Origin: an uncultured Alphaproteobacteria bacterium
GTDB lineage: Bacteria; Pseudomonadota; Alphaproteobacteria; Rhizobiales; Aestuariivirgaceae
Length of the DNA: 64,000 bases
NCBI GenBank assembly: GCA_963770205.1
Contig: CAVYOS010000032.1
Location: forward strand, 23,432-87,431
Direction: 5' to 3'
Each line of letters starts with the position of its first letter. Positions within the stretch are counted from its first letter, which is position 1. The position numbers were made by a program, and so were the translations under genes. Below the pieces are notes generated by a model that saw nothing but the letters and a program-made list of their open reading frames with translations, was not told the origin of the DNA and searched no databases. Below, one piece after another: positions 46,461 to 56,615 of this stretch.

Positions 46461-49400
46461 CTACATCAAGCCCGGTGACTGCTCTCCCGCCGTCCATTGG
46501 TCGCTCAGCGGCACAACATTGGCGGACTTCTCAGGCGATTTCGGCTTGAACATCTTCAGTCTCTGCCGGACGGTGCTCTTGAGCGCCAGAGGCAGCGACT
46601 CTTCGAGGATCTGCGCTCTGCTCTTTGCGTCTTTGTCGCCTGTCTCGGCGGCGACGGAAAACCAGAAATAGGCTTCGCTTGCATCCTGGCTTAAGCCGAG
46701 GCCGCGCTCCTCGAGAAGGGCCAGGTTATACTGGCTGTCCTGAACGCCATGTTCGGCTGCTTGCCTGAACCAGTGCGCGGCATGGGCATAGTCCGGCGGG
46801 GTTAGTCCGGCAAGCAGCACGGCGAGATTATGCATCGCCTTGATATTGCCTTTCAGCGCCGCCCGTTGATACCACGTGCGTGCTTCCTCCTTGTTTTGCT
46901 GCACGCCGCTCCCGCGCTCGAAAAGTGTAGCCAGCCGGTATTGCGCAGGAGCCAGGCCCTGCAGCGCCGCCCGGTGGTACCATTTCGCCGCTTGTGCGAA
47001 GTCCTGAGCGACACCGGTGCCCTCGAGAAAACGCCCGCCTATGACGAACTGTGCTTCGGCATCGCCACTCATCGCGGCTAGGCGGATTGATTCAGGCGCG
47101 ATGGCGGCGGCCAGTGGCGCCGCGTCTGCCAGCAACACGTCGATATCCGGTTTGCGGTGCTCGGTGATTGCCCTTTGCACGTCCTTTCCCAGCGATCCCG
47201 TCGCCAAGGGGTCGATGAGTGACGAAAGCGGGTCCCCCTGAAGCGCTGCGCCCTTGCCCGCCCCCGCACGCGGCGATGATTTTGCGGGTTCGCTCTGATG
47301 CGGGGTCGATGCTGGCTCGTTGAAGCTGTTACGCAGCGCCACGCCGGAGACGGCGGCGAGAAGCAGGAGCGCGGCGAGAAGCAGGCGCTTGCGTCCGCGG
47401 TCCTGAGGCATTGCCGCGGTATCCGCTGCAACCGCAATGGACTCCGAAACGCCTGGCCGATGCCTGGGTTTCAGGGCGGGTGCGCGTCGCAGCAGCGAGA
47501 AGGAAAATCCTTTCCGCGCCTTTGCCGCGAGCTTCGTCCCGTTTTGCTCGCCATAGGGCAGCTTGCCCATACCGAGCCGCGCCCCCTGAGCAGCCGCCTG
47601 TGCGGCCCGCCGTGCCGCCGCAATATAGTCGTCATCGCTTGCCGGCGCATGGCTGTGCAGCGGCGCATCGGGATTCTGGAACTCGACGATGCCCGCCTGC
47701 GGCTCGACGTAAAAATCCATCCCAGCACCGCTCTGCCCTGCCTCGGGCTCTGCCTGGGCTGCTTGCGGCCCCCCATCGGCGGAGGCTCGCTGTTGGTCTG
47801 CCAGATGCTGGACGGCACTCTGCCAAGCCGGCGCCTCTGACGCGGTCCCGGCCCTGCCGGTCTCGCCGCCGGGCGCCGGTGCGTGGCTTGCCGCGGCGAC
47901 CGATGCTGCTTCATGTCGGTCTTCCAGGACTGCCTGCTGCCCCGCCTCGAGATCGGCGAGCTTGTTGACGATTTCCTCCAGCGTCTCATGGACAGCTTGG
48001 AGCGTCTCCTGCGTCTGCTGGTCCGATCGTGCCGCATGATCCCTTACCGCCGCCAGCGCCTCCTCCAGCGCCACGAGTTCCGGCGATGGTCCGGCCGGCT
48101 GGGCTTCGCGCTGGATAAATTCCTGCGCCACGCGCCGTGCTGCGTCCTCGGCAATGCCATGCGCATCGTCGCGATGATCCTCGAGCGCCCTGAATAGCTG
48201 GCTGATGGACCGCTCGATCGCGGCGATGGCGGACATGCGGTCTTCGGTTGCGCCGAGCCGCGCATTCATCTGGTCGATCTGCTGTTGCACCACATCGAGC
48301 CCGGCCGGACCGCTGCCGATCGCCTCTGCGAGCCGGCCCTCGAGTTCATACACCCGCTGCTCGATATCGGTGATGTGCGGCAGCACCTCGTCCGGCGGGC
48401 GGAGTTCAGCCAGGCGCTCGCTGAGTTCGCTCACGCGGCGATCGAGATCGCCGAACGACCGCTGCTCCGGCAGCTGCGCCACGCGGGTTGACAATTGCTC
48501 GATCGTTAGCCTTACCGAGTGCAGATCCCTCTCCGCGGCGGCCTCGGTGCGAATATCATCGATGCGCTGGTTGAGGCTTTCGATGTCAGCCCTGAGGCGG
48601 GCGATCTCGGCCTGTGAGGCGCTGGAGTTTTTTGCCGAGGATTGCGCGATCGCTGCCAGTGATCGTATTTGCTCCTCGAGCTTGCCAAGCTCGCTTTGCG
48701 TTGAGGCGATGGCTCCATCGCGGGCGCGCTGCGCCGTCGTGTCTGCGGTTCGATGGACCCATTCGATACGATCGGCCAGCTTGGCCAGGGACTGCTGAAG
48801 CGCATCCTGATTTGCCCGGCTGCGATCCGTTGCAAGCGCATCGAGCCGGCCGGCAAGCTCCGCAATCTGGCTTTCAGCCTGCTGGAAACGTCCTTCGACC
48901 TCGTTCCGGTGAAAACCTGGCTCCTCGGGCTCGGCGCGTGACAGCACCGCCACCTGGTCTTCCACCGATCTCAACGCTTCATGCGTGCGGCGTTCTGATA
49001 TCTCAAGATGGCCCACGATGTTCCGCAGGGCGGCCTCGAGCGCTATATAGCCTTCATCGTCGCTGACCCTTGTCGTTGCTCCGGCCAGCTCTGCGATCTG
49101 CTGCTTCAGACTTTGCAGCCTGTCGTTCACCGATGCCAGCGCCTCGCTGACATAGCGCTCGCTGTTTTCGATCCGGTCGATGACCGCGTTATAGTCGATC
49201 CGGAATTCATTCTGCGGCGCCAGGGTCTCGACATGGCGGGCGTGCGTGCCTAGCGGCCGCTCCGCCGTCATCATCGCCAACTCGTCGGTGATTGAATCCA
49301 AACGTTCCCGCACGCGCGGATGAATGAACCGCGACGGCTGAACAGGCCTTGTTTCCGCCCTCTCGATAATGGCTGCATTCAGCCATTCTCCAAGCGTCAA

Positions 49401-49484
49401 CCCCGAGCGCCGCGCTGCGTCCTTGGCTGCTTCCCGCACATCCGGCTCGATACCTTTGACGCTCCAGGGAATGCCGGACTTCAT
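46461..49484 (-). CDS. podJ: Polar localisation factor PodJ homologue (coiled-coil cytoplasmic region, TM, periplasmic Sel1 repeats)
   Basis: N-terminus MKSGIPWSVKGIEPDVREAAKDAARRSGLTLGEWLN is characteristic of PodJ. It has a long coiled-coil region, one TM (LLLAALLLLAAVSGVAL) and four or more Sel1 repeats (AKWYHRAALQGLAPAQYRLATLFERG...). Confidence 0.8.
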   Translation of the reverse strand: MKSGIPWSVKGIEPDVREAAKDAARRSGLTLGEWLNAAIIERAETRPVQPSRFIHPRVRERLDSITDELAMMTAERPLGTHARHVETLAPQNEFRIDYNAVIDRIENSERYVSEALASVNDRLQSLKQQIAELAGATTRVSDDEGYIALEAALRNIVGHLEISERRTHEALRSVEDQVAVLSRAEPEEPGFHRNEVEGRFQQAESQIAELAGRLDALATDRSRANQDALQQSLAKLADRIEWVHRTADTTAQRARDGAIASTQSELGKLEEQIRSLAAIAQSSAKNSSASQAEIARLRADIESLNQRIDDIRTEAAAERDLHSVRLTIEQLSTRVAQLPEQRSFGDLDRRVSELSERLAELRPPDEVLPHITDIEQRVYELEGRLAEAIGSGPAGLDVVQQQIDQMNARLGATEDRMSAIAAIERSISQLFRALEDHRDDAHGIAEDAARRVAQEFIQREAQPAGPSPELVALEEALAAVRDHAARSDQQTQETLQAVHETLEEIVNKLADLEAGQQAVLEDRHEAASVAAASHAPAPGGETGRAGTASEAPAWQSAVQHLADQQRASADGGPQAAQAEPEAGQSGAGMDFYVEPQAGIVEFQNPDAPLHSHAPASDDDYIAAARRAAQAAAQGARLGMGKLPYGEQNGTKLAAKARKGFSFSLLRRAPALKPRHRPGVSESIAVAADTAAMPQDRGRKRLLLAALLLLAAVSGVALRNSFNEPASTPHQSEPAKSSPRAGAGKGAALQGDPLSSLIDPLATGSLGKDVQRAITEHRKPDIDVLLADAAPLAAAIAPESIRLAAMSGDAEAQFVIGGRFLEGTGVAQDFAQAAKWYHRAALQGLAPAQYRLATLFERGSGVQQNKEEARTWYQRAALKGNIKAMHNLAVLLAGLTPPDYAHAAHWFRQAAEHGVQDSQYNLALLEERGLGLSQDASEAYFWFSVAAETGDKDAKSRAQILEESLPLALKSTVRQRLKMFKPKSPEKSANVVPLSDQWTAGEQSPGLM

Positions 49485-49565
49485 ATTGATCCTCTATGGG
49501 CCCCGCCCGGCTCAGGCGGCCGGTCCGATCGAAGGAGCGAATACTCTGAAGGTTAATGTTTCTGG

Positions 49566-49580
49566 TTAAAACTCAGTTAA
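49566..49580. promoter_or_regulatory. CtrA box (TTAA-N7-TTAA) upstream of podJ
   Basis: TTAAaactcagTTAAg lies 82-96 nt upstream of the podJ start. An additional TTAA is at 49553. Confidence 0.5.
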
Positions 49581-49745
49581 GCACCGGGGACCCTTGCGGA
49601 ATTTTCCGAATGTATCCCCTTTCGCGGGTGGCATTTTTCGTGCTCTGAGGCAGCCTGACGCAGCCACTGGAAATCGGCTTACCTAGACGTCATATTGCTG
49701 TCCAAACGGCAGCCATCAAGGGCGCCAAAGCCATCAAAGAGAGCC

Positions 49746-50186
49746 ATGATGACAGCAGCGAAAGATGAGCGGCCAAGCCGCGAACGTACTTATTCCATCA
49801 CCGAACTGTGCCGGGAGTTCAACGTAACGCCCCGTACCTTGCGCTTCTATGAGCAGAAGGGACTCCTTTCCCCGGCCCGGCGCGGCTGGACCAGATTGTT
49901 TTCCTATCGTGACCGCGCCCGCCTCCAGTTGATCCTGCGTGGCAAGCGGGTTGGCTTCGCCCTGGAGGAGATCAAGGAGATGCTGGATCTCTATAATCTC
50001 CGCGACGGCCAGGTCACCCAGCTGAAAGTTGCCTCAGTGAAGATGCGCGAACGGCTGGAGGCGCTGCGCAAGCAGCGTATCGAACTTGAGGAGGCCATTG
50101 GCGACCTGGAGCGGACTTGCGAGATCGTGGACGGCATGTTACGTGAACGTCAAATAGAGCGCCCGCGAGCGGCCAACGATCAGTGA
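49746..50186 (+). CDS. MerR family transcriptional regulator (LiuR-like, heads the acyl-CoA catabolic operon)
   Basis: YSITELCREFNVTPRTLRFYEQKGLLSP HTH plus a coiled-coil dimerisation helix. ATG 49746 was chosen over ORF start 49695. Confidence 0.85.
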   Translation: MMTAAKDERPSRERTYSITELCREFNVTPRTLRFYEQKGLLSPARRGWTRLFSYRDRARLQLILRGKRVGFALEEIKEMLDLYNLRDGQVTQLKVASVKMRERLEALRKQRIELEEAIGDLERTCEIVDGMLRERQIERPRAANDQ

Positions 50187-50207
50187 GCCTGAAGGCAGGG
50201 AGCCCCG

Positions 50208-51354
50208 ATGTTGCCGACCCCTGCATGGATGAACGAGGAACTCCAACTGCTGGCTGCCAGCTGCCGTCAGTTCTTCCTTAAGGAATGCCTCCCGCATTAC
50301 GAGCGCTGGGAAAAACAAGGCTGTGTTGACCGCGAGATCTGGCAGAAGGCAGGTACTGCCGGCCTGCTGTGCGCATCGATGCCTGAACAATACGGTGGCG
50401 CCGGCGGGACTTTCGCCCATGAGGCCGTCATTGCCATCGAGGCCAACCGCGCCGGAGTCTCCGGGTTGGGAATTCCCCTGCACAACGCCATCGTCGCCCC
50501 CTACATCCTGAATTACGGCTCGGAAGAGCAGAAGCGCCGATGGCTGCCCGGAATGGCGACGAGTGAACTGATCGGTGCCATCGCGATGAGCGAGCCTGCT
50601 GCGGGCTCTGATCTTCAGGGCATCCGCACCACCGCCACGCGCAAGGGCAACGGTTATGTCCTGAACGGCCAGAAAACCTTCATCACCAATGGCCAGCTCG
50701 CCAATCTTGTCATTGTCGTCGCCAAGACCGACCCCGCCCTGGGTGCCAAGGGCATTTCGCTGTTCGTCGTCGAAACCGAAGCCGTGGAAGGATTTCGCCG
50801 CGGGCGCAATCTCGACAAGATCGGGCTCAAAGCCAACGACACATCGGAATTGTTCTTCGATCAGGTCGAGGTTCCGGCATCGAGCCTCCTCGGCACGGAG
50901 GAGGGACAGGGCTTCTTCATGCTCATGGACCAGCTTCCCCAGGAGCGGCTGCTCATCGCCCTCCATGCCGTTGGCCGGATCGAGAGCGCTCTCGATGTCA
51001 CCATCGATTACGTGAAGTCGCGCAAGGCCTTCGGCAAGCCGATCATGGAATTTCAGAACACCCAGTTCGAGCTCGCCGAATGCAAGACCGAAGCGACCAT
51101 CGGCAGGGTATTCGTCGATCACTGCATAGGCGCGCCATCTCGACAAGGCTCTTGATACCGCCACCGCTTCCATGGCGAAATATTGGATGACCGATCTCCA
51201 ATGCCGGATCATCGACCGTTGTCTGCAACTTCATGGCGGCTATGGCTATATGAATGAATATCCCATCGCCCGCATGTTCCGCGACGCGCGCGTGGAGCGG
51301 ATTTACGGCGGAACCAATGAGATCATGAAGATGCTCATAGCCAGAAGCCTTTAG
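50208..51354 (+). pseudogene. Acyl-CoA dehydrogenase, apparent +1 frameshift near 51126-51133
   Basis: ORF 50208..51155 covers the N-terminal and middle ACAD domains (GAIAMSEPAAGSDL). The next frame reads HLDKALDTATASMAKYWMTDLQCRIIDRCLQLHGGYGYMNEYPIARMFRDARVERIYGGTNEIM, continuing into ORF 51172..51354. Confidence 0.88.
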
Positions 51355-51365
51355 GGAGTAGTCCG

Positions 51366-52574
51366 ATGCCGGACAGTTTTGTTTACGATCACCTGCGCAC
51401 CCCGCGCGGCCGCGGCAAGCCCGACGGGGCGCTCCACGAGGTCACCGCGCTGGAACTTGCCACCCAGACGCTGCGTGCCATCCGCGACCGCAACGAGCTG
51501 GATACCCGCCTGGTCGATGATGTGGTCTTGGGCTGCGTCGATCCCGTCGGCGAAGCTGGTGCCAATATCGCCCGCACCGCCGTCCTCAATGCCGATTATG
51601 CTCAGACCGTGGCCGGCATTCAGGTCCATCGTTTCTGCGCATCGGGCCTCGACGCCATAAATTTTGCCGCCGCCGAGATCAAGTCCGGCATGCACGACAT
51701 GGCGATCGGAGGCGGGGTCGAATCAATGAGCCGCATCGGTATTGGCGCCTCGGGCGGCGCCTGGCCGGTCGATCCCTCGATTGCCCTGAAGAGCTATTAT
51801 CTGCCCCAGGGCATCTCTGCCGATCTCATTGCCACGAAATACGGTTTTTCGCGCGACGATGTCGATGCCTATGCCGTCGAAAGCCAGGCGCGCGCCGCTC
51901 GCTCCTGGCAGAGTGGCGCTTTTATCCGTTCCGTCGTTCCGGTGAAGGACGTCAATGGCTTGCCCATCCTGGATCGCGACGAGCACATGCGGCCGGAAAC
52001 CACAATGCAGACCCTGGCCAGCCTCAAGCCGGCCTTCACCGAATGGGGGGAGAGCTACGGTTTTGATGCCGTTGCCGTACAGCGCTATCCCGAGCTGGAG
52101 GCTGTCAAGCACGTGCATCACGCCGGCAACTCTTCCGGCATTGTCGATGGTGCGGCCGCAGTGCTCCTCGGCAGCAAGGCCGCCGGCAAAAAAGCGGGAT
52201 TGAAGCCGCGTGCCCGTATCAGGAGCTTTGCCAATATCGGCTCGGAGCCCTCGATCATGCTGACGGGTCCTGCCGACGTGACGCGCAAGGTTCTTAAGCG
52301 GGCCCGCATGACTCTCGCGGACATCGATCTGTTCGAGGTGAACGAAGCCTTCGCGTCCATGGTTCTGCTCTATCGCCAGCTGCTCGACATCGACCCCGCC
52401 AAACTCAATGTCGCCGGCGGTGCCATCGCCATGGGTCATCCGCTCGGCGCGACCGGGGCCATGATTTTCGGCACCGTGCTCGATGAGCTCGAGCGCCGCG
52501 ACCTGAATACGGCCCTCATCACCCTTTGCATCGGCGCCGGCATGGGAACGGCAACGATCATCGAACGCGTCTGA
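51366..52574 (+). CDS. Acetyl-CoA C-acyltransferase (thiolase)
   Basis: Active-site [16 protein letters not shown] and [14 protein letters not shown] motifs; 402 aa. Confidence 0.92.
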   Translation: MPDSFVYDHLRTPRGRGKPDGALHEVTALELATQTLRAIRDRNELDTRLVDDVVLGCVDPVGEAGANIARTAVLNADYAQTVAGIQVHRFCASGLDAINFAAAEIKSGMHDMAIGGGVESMSRIGIGASGGAWPVDPSIALKSYYLPQGISADLIATKYGFSRDDVDAYAVESQARAARSWQSGAFIRSVVPVKDVNGLPILDRDEHMRPETTMQTLASLKPAFTEWGESYGFDAVAVQRYPELEAVKHVHHAGNSSGIVDGAAAVLLGSKAAGKKAGLKPRARIRSFANIGSEPSIMLTGPADVTRKVLKRARMTLADIDLFEVNEAFASMVLLYRQLLDIDPAKLNVAGGAIAMGHPLGATGAMIFGTVLDELERRDLNTALITLCIGAGMGTATIIERV

Positions 52575-52577
52575 CCA

Positions 52578-54773
52578 ATGAAGAACTTCGATTTCGCGAT
52601 CGATGCAGACGGCATCGCGCTCGCCACCTGGAATATGCCCGGCCGGTCGATGAACGTCATCGATTTTGCCGTATTGGAAGAAATCGCCGAGATTGCCGCC
52701 CGTCTCAAGGACGATAAGGCGATCCGCGGCGCGGTGCTGGCATCGGGCAAGGCTTCATTCTGCGCCGGTGCCGATCTAAAATGGCTGCAATCCTTCGCTG
52801 GACATTTTGCCGAAGCAGCCAAGGCGGAGTTCGACGAGGCGCGCATCCGCTCTCTGATGGCCGAGGCCGGCCGGTTCTCTCACGTATTTCGCACGCTTGA
52901 AACCTGCGGCAAGCCGATTGTCGCCGCCATCGTTGGAACGGCGCTCGGAGGCGGCCTCGAACTCTGCCTTTCATGCCATCGCCGCATCGCCGCCGACGAT
53001 CCCTCGGCAAAGATCGGGCAGCCTGAAGTAAAGGTCGGGCTTCTGCCCGGGGCAGGCGGCACGCAGCGCCTTCCACGCCTGGCCGGTGCCGAGGCGGCAC
53101 TGGAGCTGATGCTGACCGGCCGCCATATCGACCCGGCCCAGGCCTTGAAGCTCGGCGTCATAGACGAGATCGCACCCGCCGGTGAACTGGTCGATAAGGC
53201 GAAGCGCTGGATCTTGTCTGGCGGCAAAGCCGTGCAGCCTTGGGACGAGAAAGGGTTCAAGATTCCCGGTGGTCCGCCCTATGGCGCGCAGGGAATGCAG
53301 ATGTGGCCGGCGGCCAATGCTCTTTATCGCAAGGAAACTTTCGACAATTACGATGCTCAGCGCGCGATCTTGAAATGCGTCTATGAGGGACTCTCGGTGA
53401 AGTCCTTCGATGCCGCGCTGCGCATCGAGGCGCGCCATTTCACCAAGCTGCTCATGGGTCCCCAGGCCCGCAATATGATCCGCTCGCTCTTTGTTTCCAT
53501 GCAGGAGATCGGCAAGGGTGCCCGCCGTCCCGCGGGCGTTGCGCAAATGAGGGCACGGAAGCTCGGAATAGTGGGTTCGGGCTTCATGGGCGCCGGCATC
53601 GCCTATGTGGCCGCACGTGCAGGCATCGAAGTTACGCTCATCGACCGCGATCTCGCGAATGCCGAAAAAGGCAAAGCCCACGCCGAATCGGTTCTTGCCC
53701 GCGAATTGGCGAAGGGCCGCGTAACCGAGGCGGACAGAACATCGACGCTTTCTCTGATTAAGCCCGCCGCCGACTACGCAGCACTCGCCGGCGCGGATCT
53801 GCTGATCGAGGCAGTATTCGAAAATCGTGAACTGAAATCGGATGTTTTGCCCAAGATGGAAGGCGCGCTTCCGGCGAACGGCATTCTCGCCTCCAACACC
53901 TCCACTCTGCCGATCTCCGGGCTCGCCGCTAATCTGCAGCGTCCCGGGAATTTCCTCGGCATTCATTTTTTCTCCCCCGTCGACCGGATGCAGCTCGTCG
54001 AGATCATTCGGGGAGACAGAACCTCGGACGAAACTCTGGCGCACGCCTTCGACTTCGTTCGCCAGATCGGCAAGACCCCCATTGTCGTCAACGACTCGCG
54101 CGGTTTCTTCACCTCGCGCGTCGTCATGACTCACAAGAAGGAGGGCATCTATATGCTCGAGGAGGGCGTGCCCGCCGCGCTTCTTGAAAATGCCGGCAAG
54201 GCTGCCGGCATGCCGGTTGGGCCGCTGGCCCTCGCTGATGAAGTGGCGCTCGACCTCTCGCTAAAAATTCTCCAGGCAACCAGGGCGGACCTGGGTGATG
54301 CATATCAACCTGGCCCCATCGACCGGGTGATGGAGGAAATGGTCGAAAAGCGCGGGCGTTTCGGCCGCAAGAACGGAAAAGGCTTTTATGATTATCCGGC
54401 GGGTCAGAAAAAACGCCTTTGGCCGGGTTTGTCGGAAATATCGCCGCCCAAGGATGCTTCTGCCTTCTCTTTTGATGAGCTCAAGGAGCGCCTGCTGCTG
54501 ATTCAGGCACTTGAGACCGTCCGCTGTTTCGACGAAGGCGTGCTGACCGACGTCCGCGAAGCCGATATCGGCGCCATTCTGGGTTTCGGCTTTGCCCCTT
54601 TCACCGGAGGTCCGCTGTCCTATATTGATACCATGGGAAGCAAGGCCTTCCTGGCCAAGTGCCGGACTTACCAGCGGAAATACGGCGATCGCTACCGCCC
54701 TCCGGCGCTGCTGGTCGAGATGGCGAAGACCGGAGATACGTTTTATGGCAAATTTCCTCCGAAAAGTGTCTGA
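52578..54773 (+). CDS. Bifunctional enoyl-CoA hydratase / 3-hydroxyacyl-CoA dehydrogenase (FadB/FadJ-like)
   Basis: Crotonase N-terminal domain ([15 protein letters not shown]) and NAD-binding [12 protein letters not shown] with an HCDH C-terminal domain; 731 aa. Confidence 0.92.
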   Translation: MKNFDFAIDADGIALATWNMPGRSMNVIDFAVLEEIAEIAARLKDDKAIRGAVLASGKASFCAGADLKWLQSFAGHFAEAAKAEFDEARIRSLMAEAGRFSHVFRTLETCGKPIVAAIVGTALGGGLELCLSCHRRIAADDPSAKIGQPEVKVGLLPGAGGTQRLPRLAGAEAALELMLTGRHIDPAQALKLGVIDEIAPAGELVDKAKRWILSGGKAVQPWDEKGFKIPGGPPYGAQGMQMWPAANALYRKETFDNYDAQRAILKCVYEGLSVKSFDAALRIEARHFTKLLMGPQARNMIRSLFVSMQEIGKGARRPAGVAQMRARKLGIVGSGFMGAGIAYVAARAGIEVTLIDRDLANAEKGKAHAESVLARELAKGRVTEADRTSTLSLIKPAADYAALAGADLLIEAVFENRELKSDVLPKMEGALPANGILASNTSTLPISGLAANLQRPGNFLGIHFFSPVDRMQLVEIIRGDRTSDETLAHAFDFVRQIGKTPIVVNDSRGFFTSRVVMTHKKEGIYMLEEGVPAALLENAGKAAGMPVGPLALADEVALDLSLKILQATRADLGDAYQPGPIDRVMEEMVEKRGRFGRKNGKGFYDYPAGQKKRLWPGLSEISPPKDASAFSFDELKERLLLIQALETVRCFDEGVLTDVREADIGAILGFGFAPFTGGPLSYIDTMGSKAFLAKCRTYQRKYGDRYRPPALLVEMAKTGDTFYGKFPPKSV

Positions 54774-55179
54774 ACGCGCTGCACTGCTGTTGCCACTCAG
54801 CTTGCTTGCCGCGCCATCCTTCGCGTTCGCGGAGGAAGCTGGACGTTTTGTTCTCAAGGAAGCCGATCGGCAAAGCTTCATCCGTCTCGATACCGTGACC
54901 GGCGCCGTCTCGCATTGCGCGTCGAAGACGGGAGAGTGGAGCTGCAAGACTCTCAGTGACGATCGCAAGCAACTGCACGACGAGATTGCCGCACTGGAGA
55001 AAGAGAACGCCGAGTTGAAATCACGGCTGTCGCAAGCCGATGGGAAGCAGGAACCGCAGCTGGTTCTGCCGAGCGACAAGGATATCGACCGCGTGATGGA
55101 TCTCTTCGAAAAATATTTTGAGCGATTTCTGGCCTTTATTCGCCAGCTGGATGAAAAGCGCGGCGGCAGCGCAATCTGA
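54745..55179 (+). CDS. Exported coiled-coil protein (hypothetical)
   Basis: ATG 54745 gives [29 protein letters not shown] (signal peptide), two Cys, and a heptad-like HDEIAALEKENAELKSRL. It overlaps the fadB-like 3' end by 29 nt. Confidence 0.5.
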   Translation: MANFLRKVSERAALLLPLSLLAAPSFAFAEEAGRFVLKEADRQSFIRLDTVTGAVSHCASKTGEWSCKTLSDDRKQLHDEIAALEKENAELKSRLSQADGKQEPQLVLPSDKDIDRVMDLFEKYFERFLAFIRQLDEKRGGSAI

Positions 55180-55190
55180 CCGATCGAGGC

Positions 55191-55222
55191 GGTCTGCCCG
55201 TTCCTTGCGAAACGGGCAGACC
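55191..55222. terminator. Perfect 12-bp hairpin between convergent genes (probable terminator, no U-tract)
   Basis: GGTCTGCCCGTT-ccttgcga-AACGGGCAGACC, starting 12 nt after the stop of the exported coiled-coil protein. Confidence 0.5.
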
Positions 55223-55560
55223 AGGTACACGCGGGCTCGGGACGGCGACAGGAGCCAGCGCGACCAATAGCCGGGCCATCAAAGACGTTTCTATGTCGAT
55301 GAAGTTCCCCGCCGCATCGATGAAGCGAAGACTGCGCTGTGACATCGGCGCCAACGCGACCGAACCGTGACAAATTTTGGGCGCACGATCGTTTCTGCAA
55401 CCGCCGCCAACATGAAAAACCGATGCTCGTCCGGTGGTTGGCGCAATCGCTGCTTCCTTTGCGAATTGCGACCGCTGCCATACTGATTGCGATGCATGTC
55501 GGTTCGGCCGAATCACCAATCGCATGCAGCGGTGCGCAAAACCCTGCGGTGATTCTCCCC

Positions 55561-56511
55561 TTAACGGAATCCGTCGGTCGCCTGAACGAGTTCATGTACG
55601 ATCCCGGGTTCCGTCGTCGCATGTCCGGCATCGGAAACGATTCGAAGCTGTGCCTGCGGCCAGGCGCGATGAAGATCGAAGGCATTCTTTACCGGGGTCA
55701 CCACATCATAGCGCCCGTGAACGATAACGCCCGGTAGCGTTGCAAGCTGCGCTGCATTCTCCAGAAGCTGCCCGTCTCTCTTGAAGAATCCTTTGTTAAC
55801 GAAATAGTGGCACTCGATTCGCGCGAACGCCACCGCATAGGATTCCTCGCCGAATTGCGCAACGCGCGCCTCATCCGGAAACAGCGACAATGTCCCGCCT
55901 TCCCATTGGCTCCAGGCGCGCGCGCAATTCACCTGGTCGATGCGGTTTTCTCCGGTTAGCCGCCGGTAATAGGCCGCCATCATGTCGCCGCGCTCATCGG
56001 GCGGGATCGGTGCAAGGTAATTCTCCCACAAATCCGGATAGATCCAGCTGCAGCCCTCTTGATAGAACCAAAGGAGTTCCGACCGACGCAGGAGAAAAAT
56101 TCCCCTAAACACGAGTTCGCTCACCCGCCGGGAATGGGCCTGCGCATAGGCCAGTCCCAGTGTCGAGCCCCATGAGCCGCCCGCCACCTGCCATCGTTCG
56201 ATGCCCAGATGCGCCCTGAGCTTTTCAATGTCTTCAACAAGATGCCAGGTGGTATTGTCGCGAAGCTCCGCATGAGGGGTGGACCGGCCGCAGCCCCGCT
56301 GGTCGAAAATGATGATGCGATAAGCCTTTGGATCGTGCAGCCGCCGCATGATCGGACTGCATCCCGCACCCGGTCCGCCGTGAATCAGCACGGCCGGTTT
56401 TCCTCGCGGGTTTCCGCACTCCTCGAAATAGATCTCATGCAGATCGGAAACCTTGAGTCTTCCGGTCCTGTAGGGCTCATTCTCCGGGTACAAAGATCTG
56501 CGCTCGGCCAT
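55561..56511 (-). CDS. pip: Prolyl aminopeptidase (proline iminopeptidase)
   Basis: HGGPGAG, FDQRGCGRS and GGSWGSTL (GxSxG) motifs; 316 aa. Confidence 0.92.
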   Translation of the reverse strand: MAERRSLYPENEPYRTGRLKVSDLHEIYFEECGNPRGKPAVLIHGGPGAGCSPIMRRLHDPKAYRIIIFDQRGCGRSTPHAELRDNTTWHLVEDIEKLRAHLGIERWQVAGGSWGSTLGLAYAQAHSRRVSELVFRGIFLLRRSELLWFYQEGCSWIYPDLWENYLAPIPPDERGDMMAAYYRRLTGENRIDQVNCARAWSQWEGGTLSLFPDEARVAQFGEESYAVAFARIECHYFVNKGFFKRDGQLLENAAQLATLPGVIVHGRYDVVTPVKNAFDLHRAWPQAQLRIVSDAGHATTEPGIVHELVQATDGFR

Positions 56512-56615
56512 GATTTTAGGTTATCTCCTGCGTCCTGGGGCCGGGGATATCGAAGTGCAGCGCGCAATCTGTCAAGATCGGGCGCCAGTGGAATTCATCG
56601 AACAGGAGAATTGCA

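Noticed and set aside
55339-55737. The 132-aa plus-strand ORF in the spacer before pip as a small exported protein
   Set aside because: Its last ~60 codons are antisense to the well-supported pip gene. It has no ribosome-binding site and no family resemblance.
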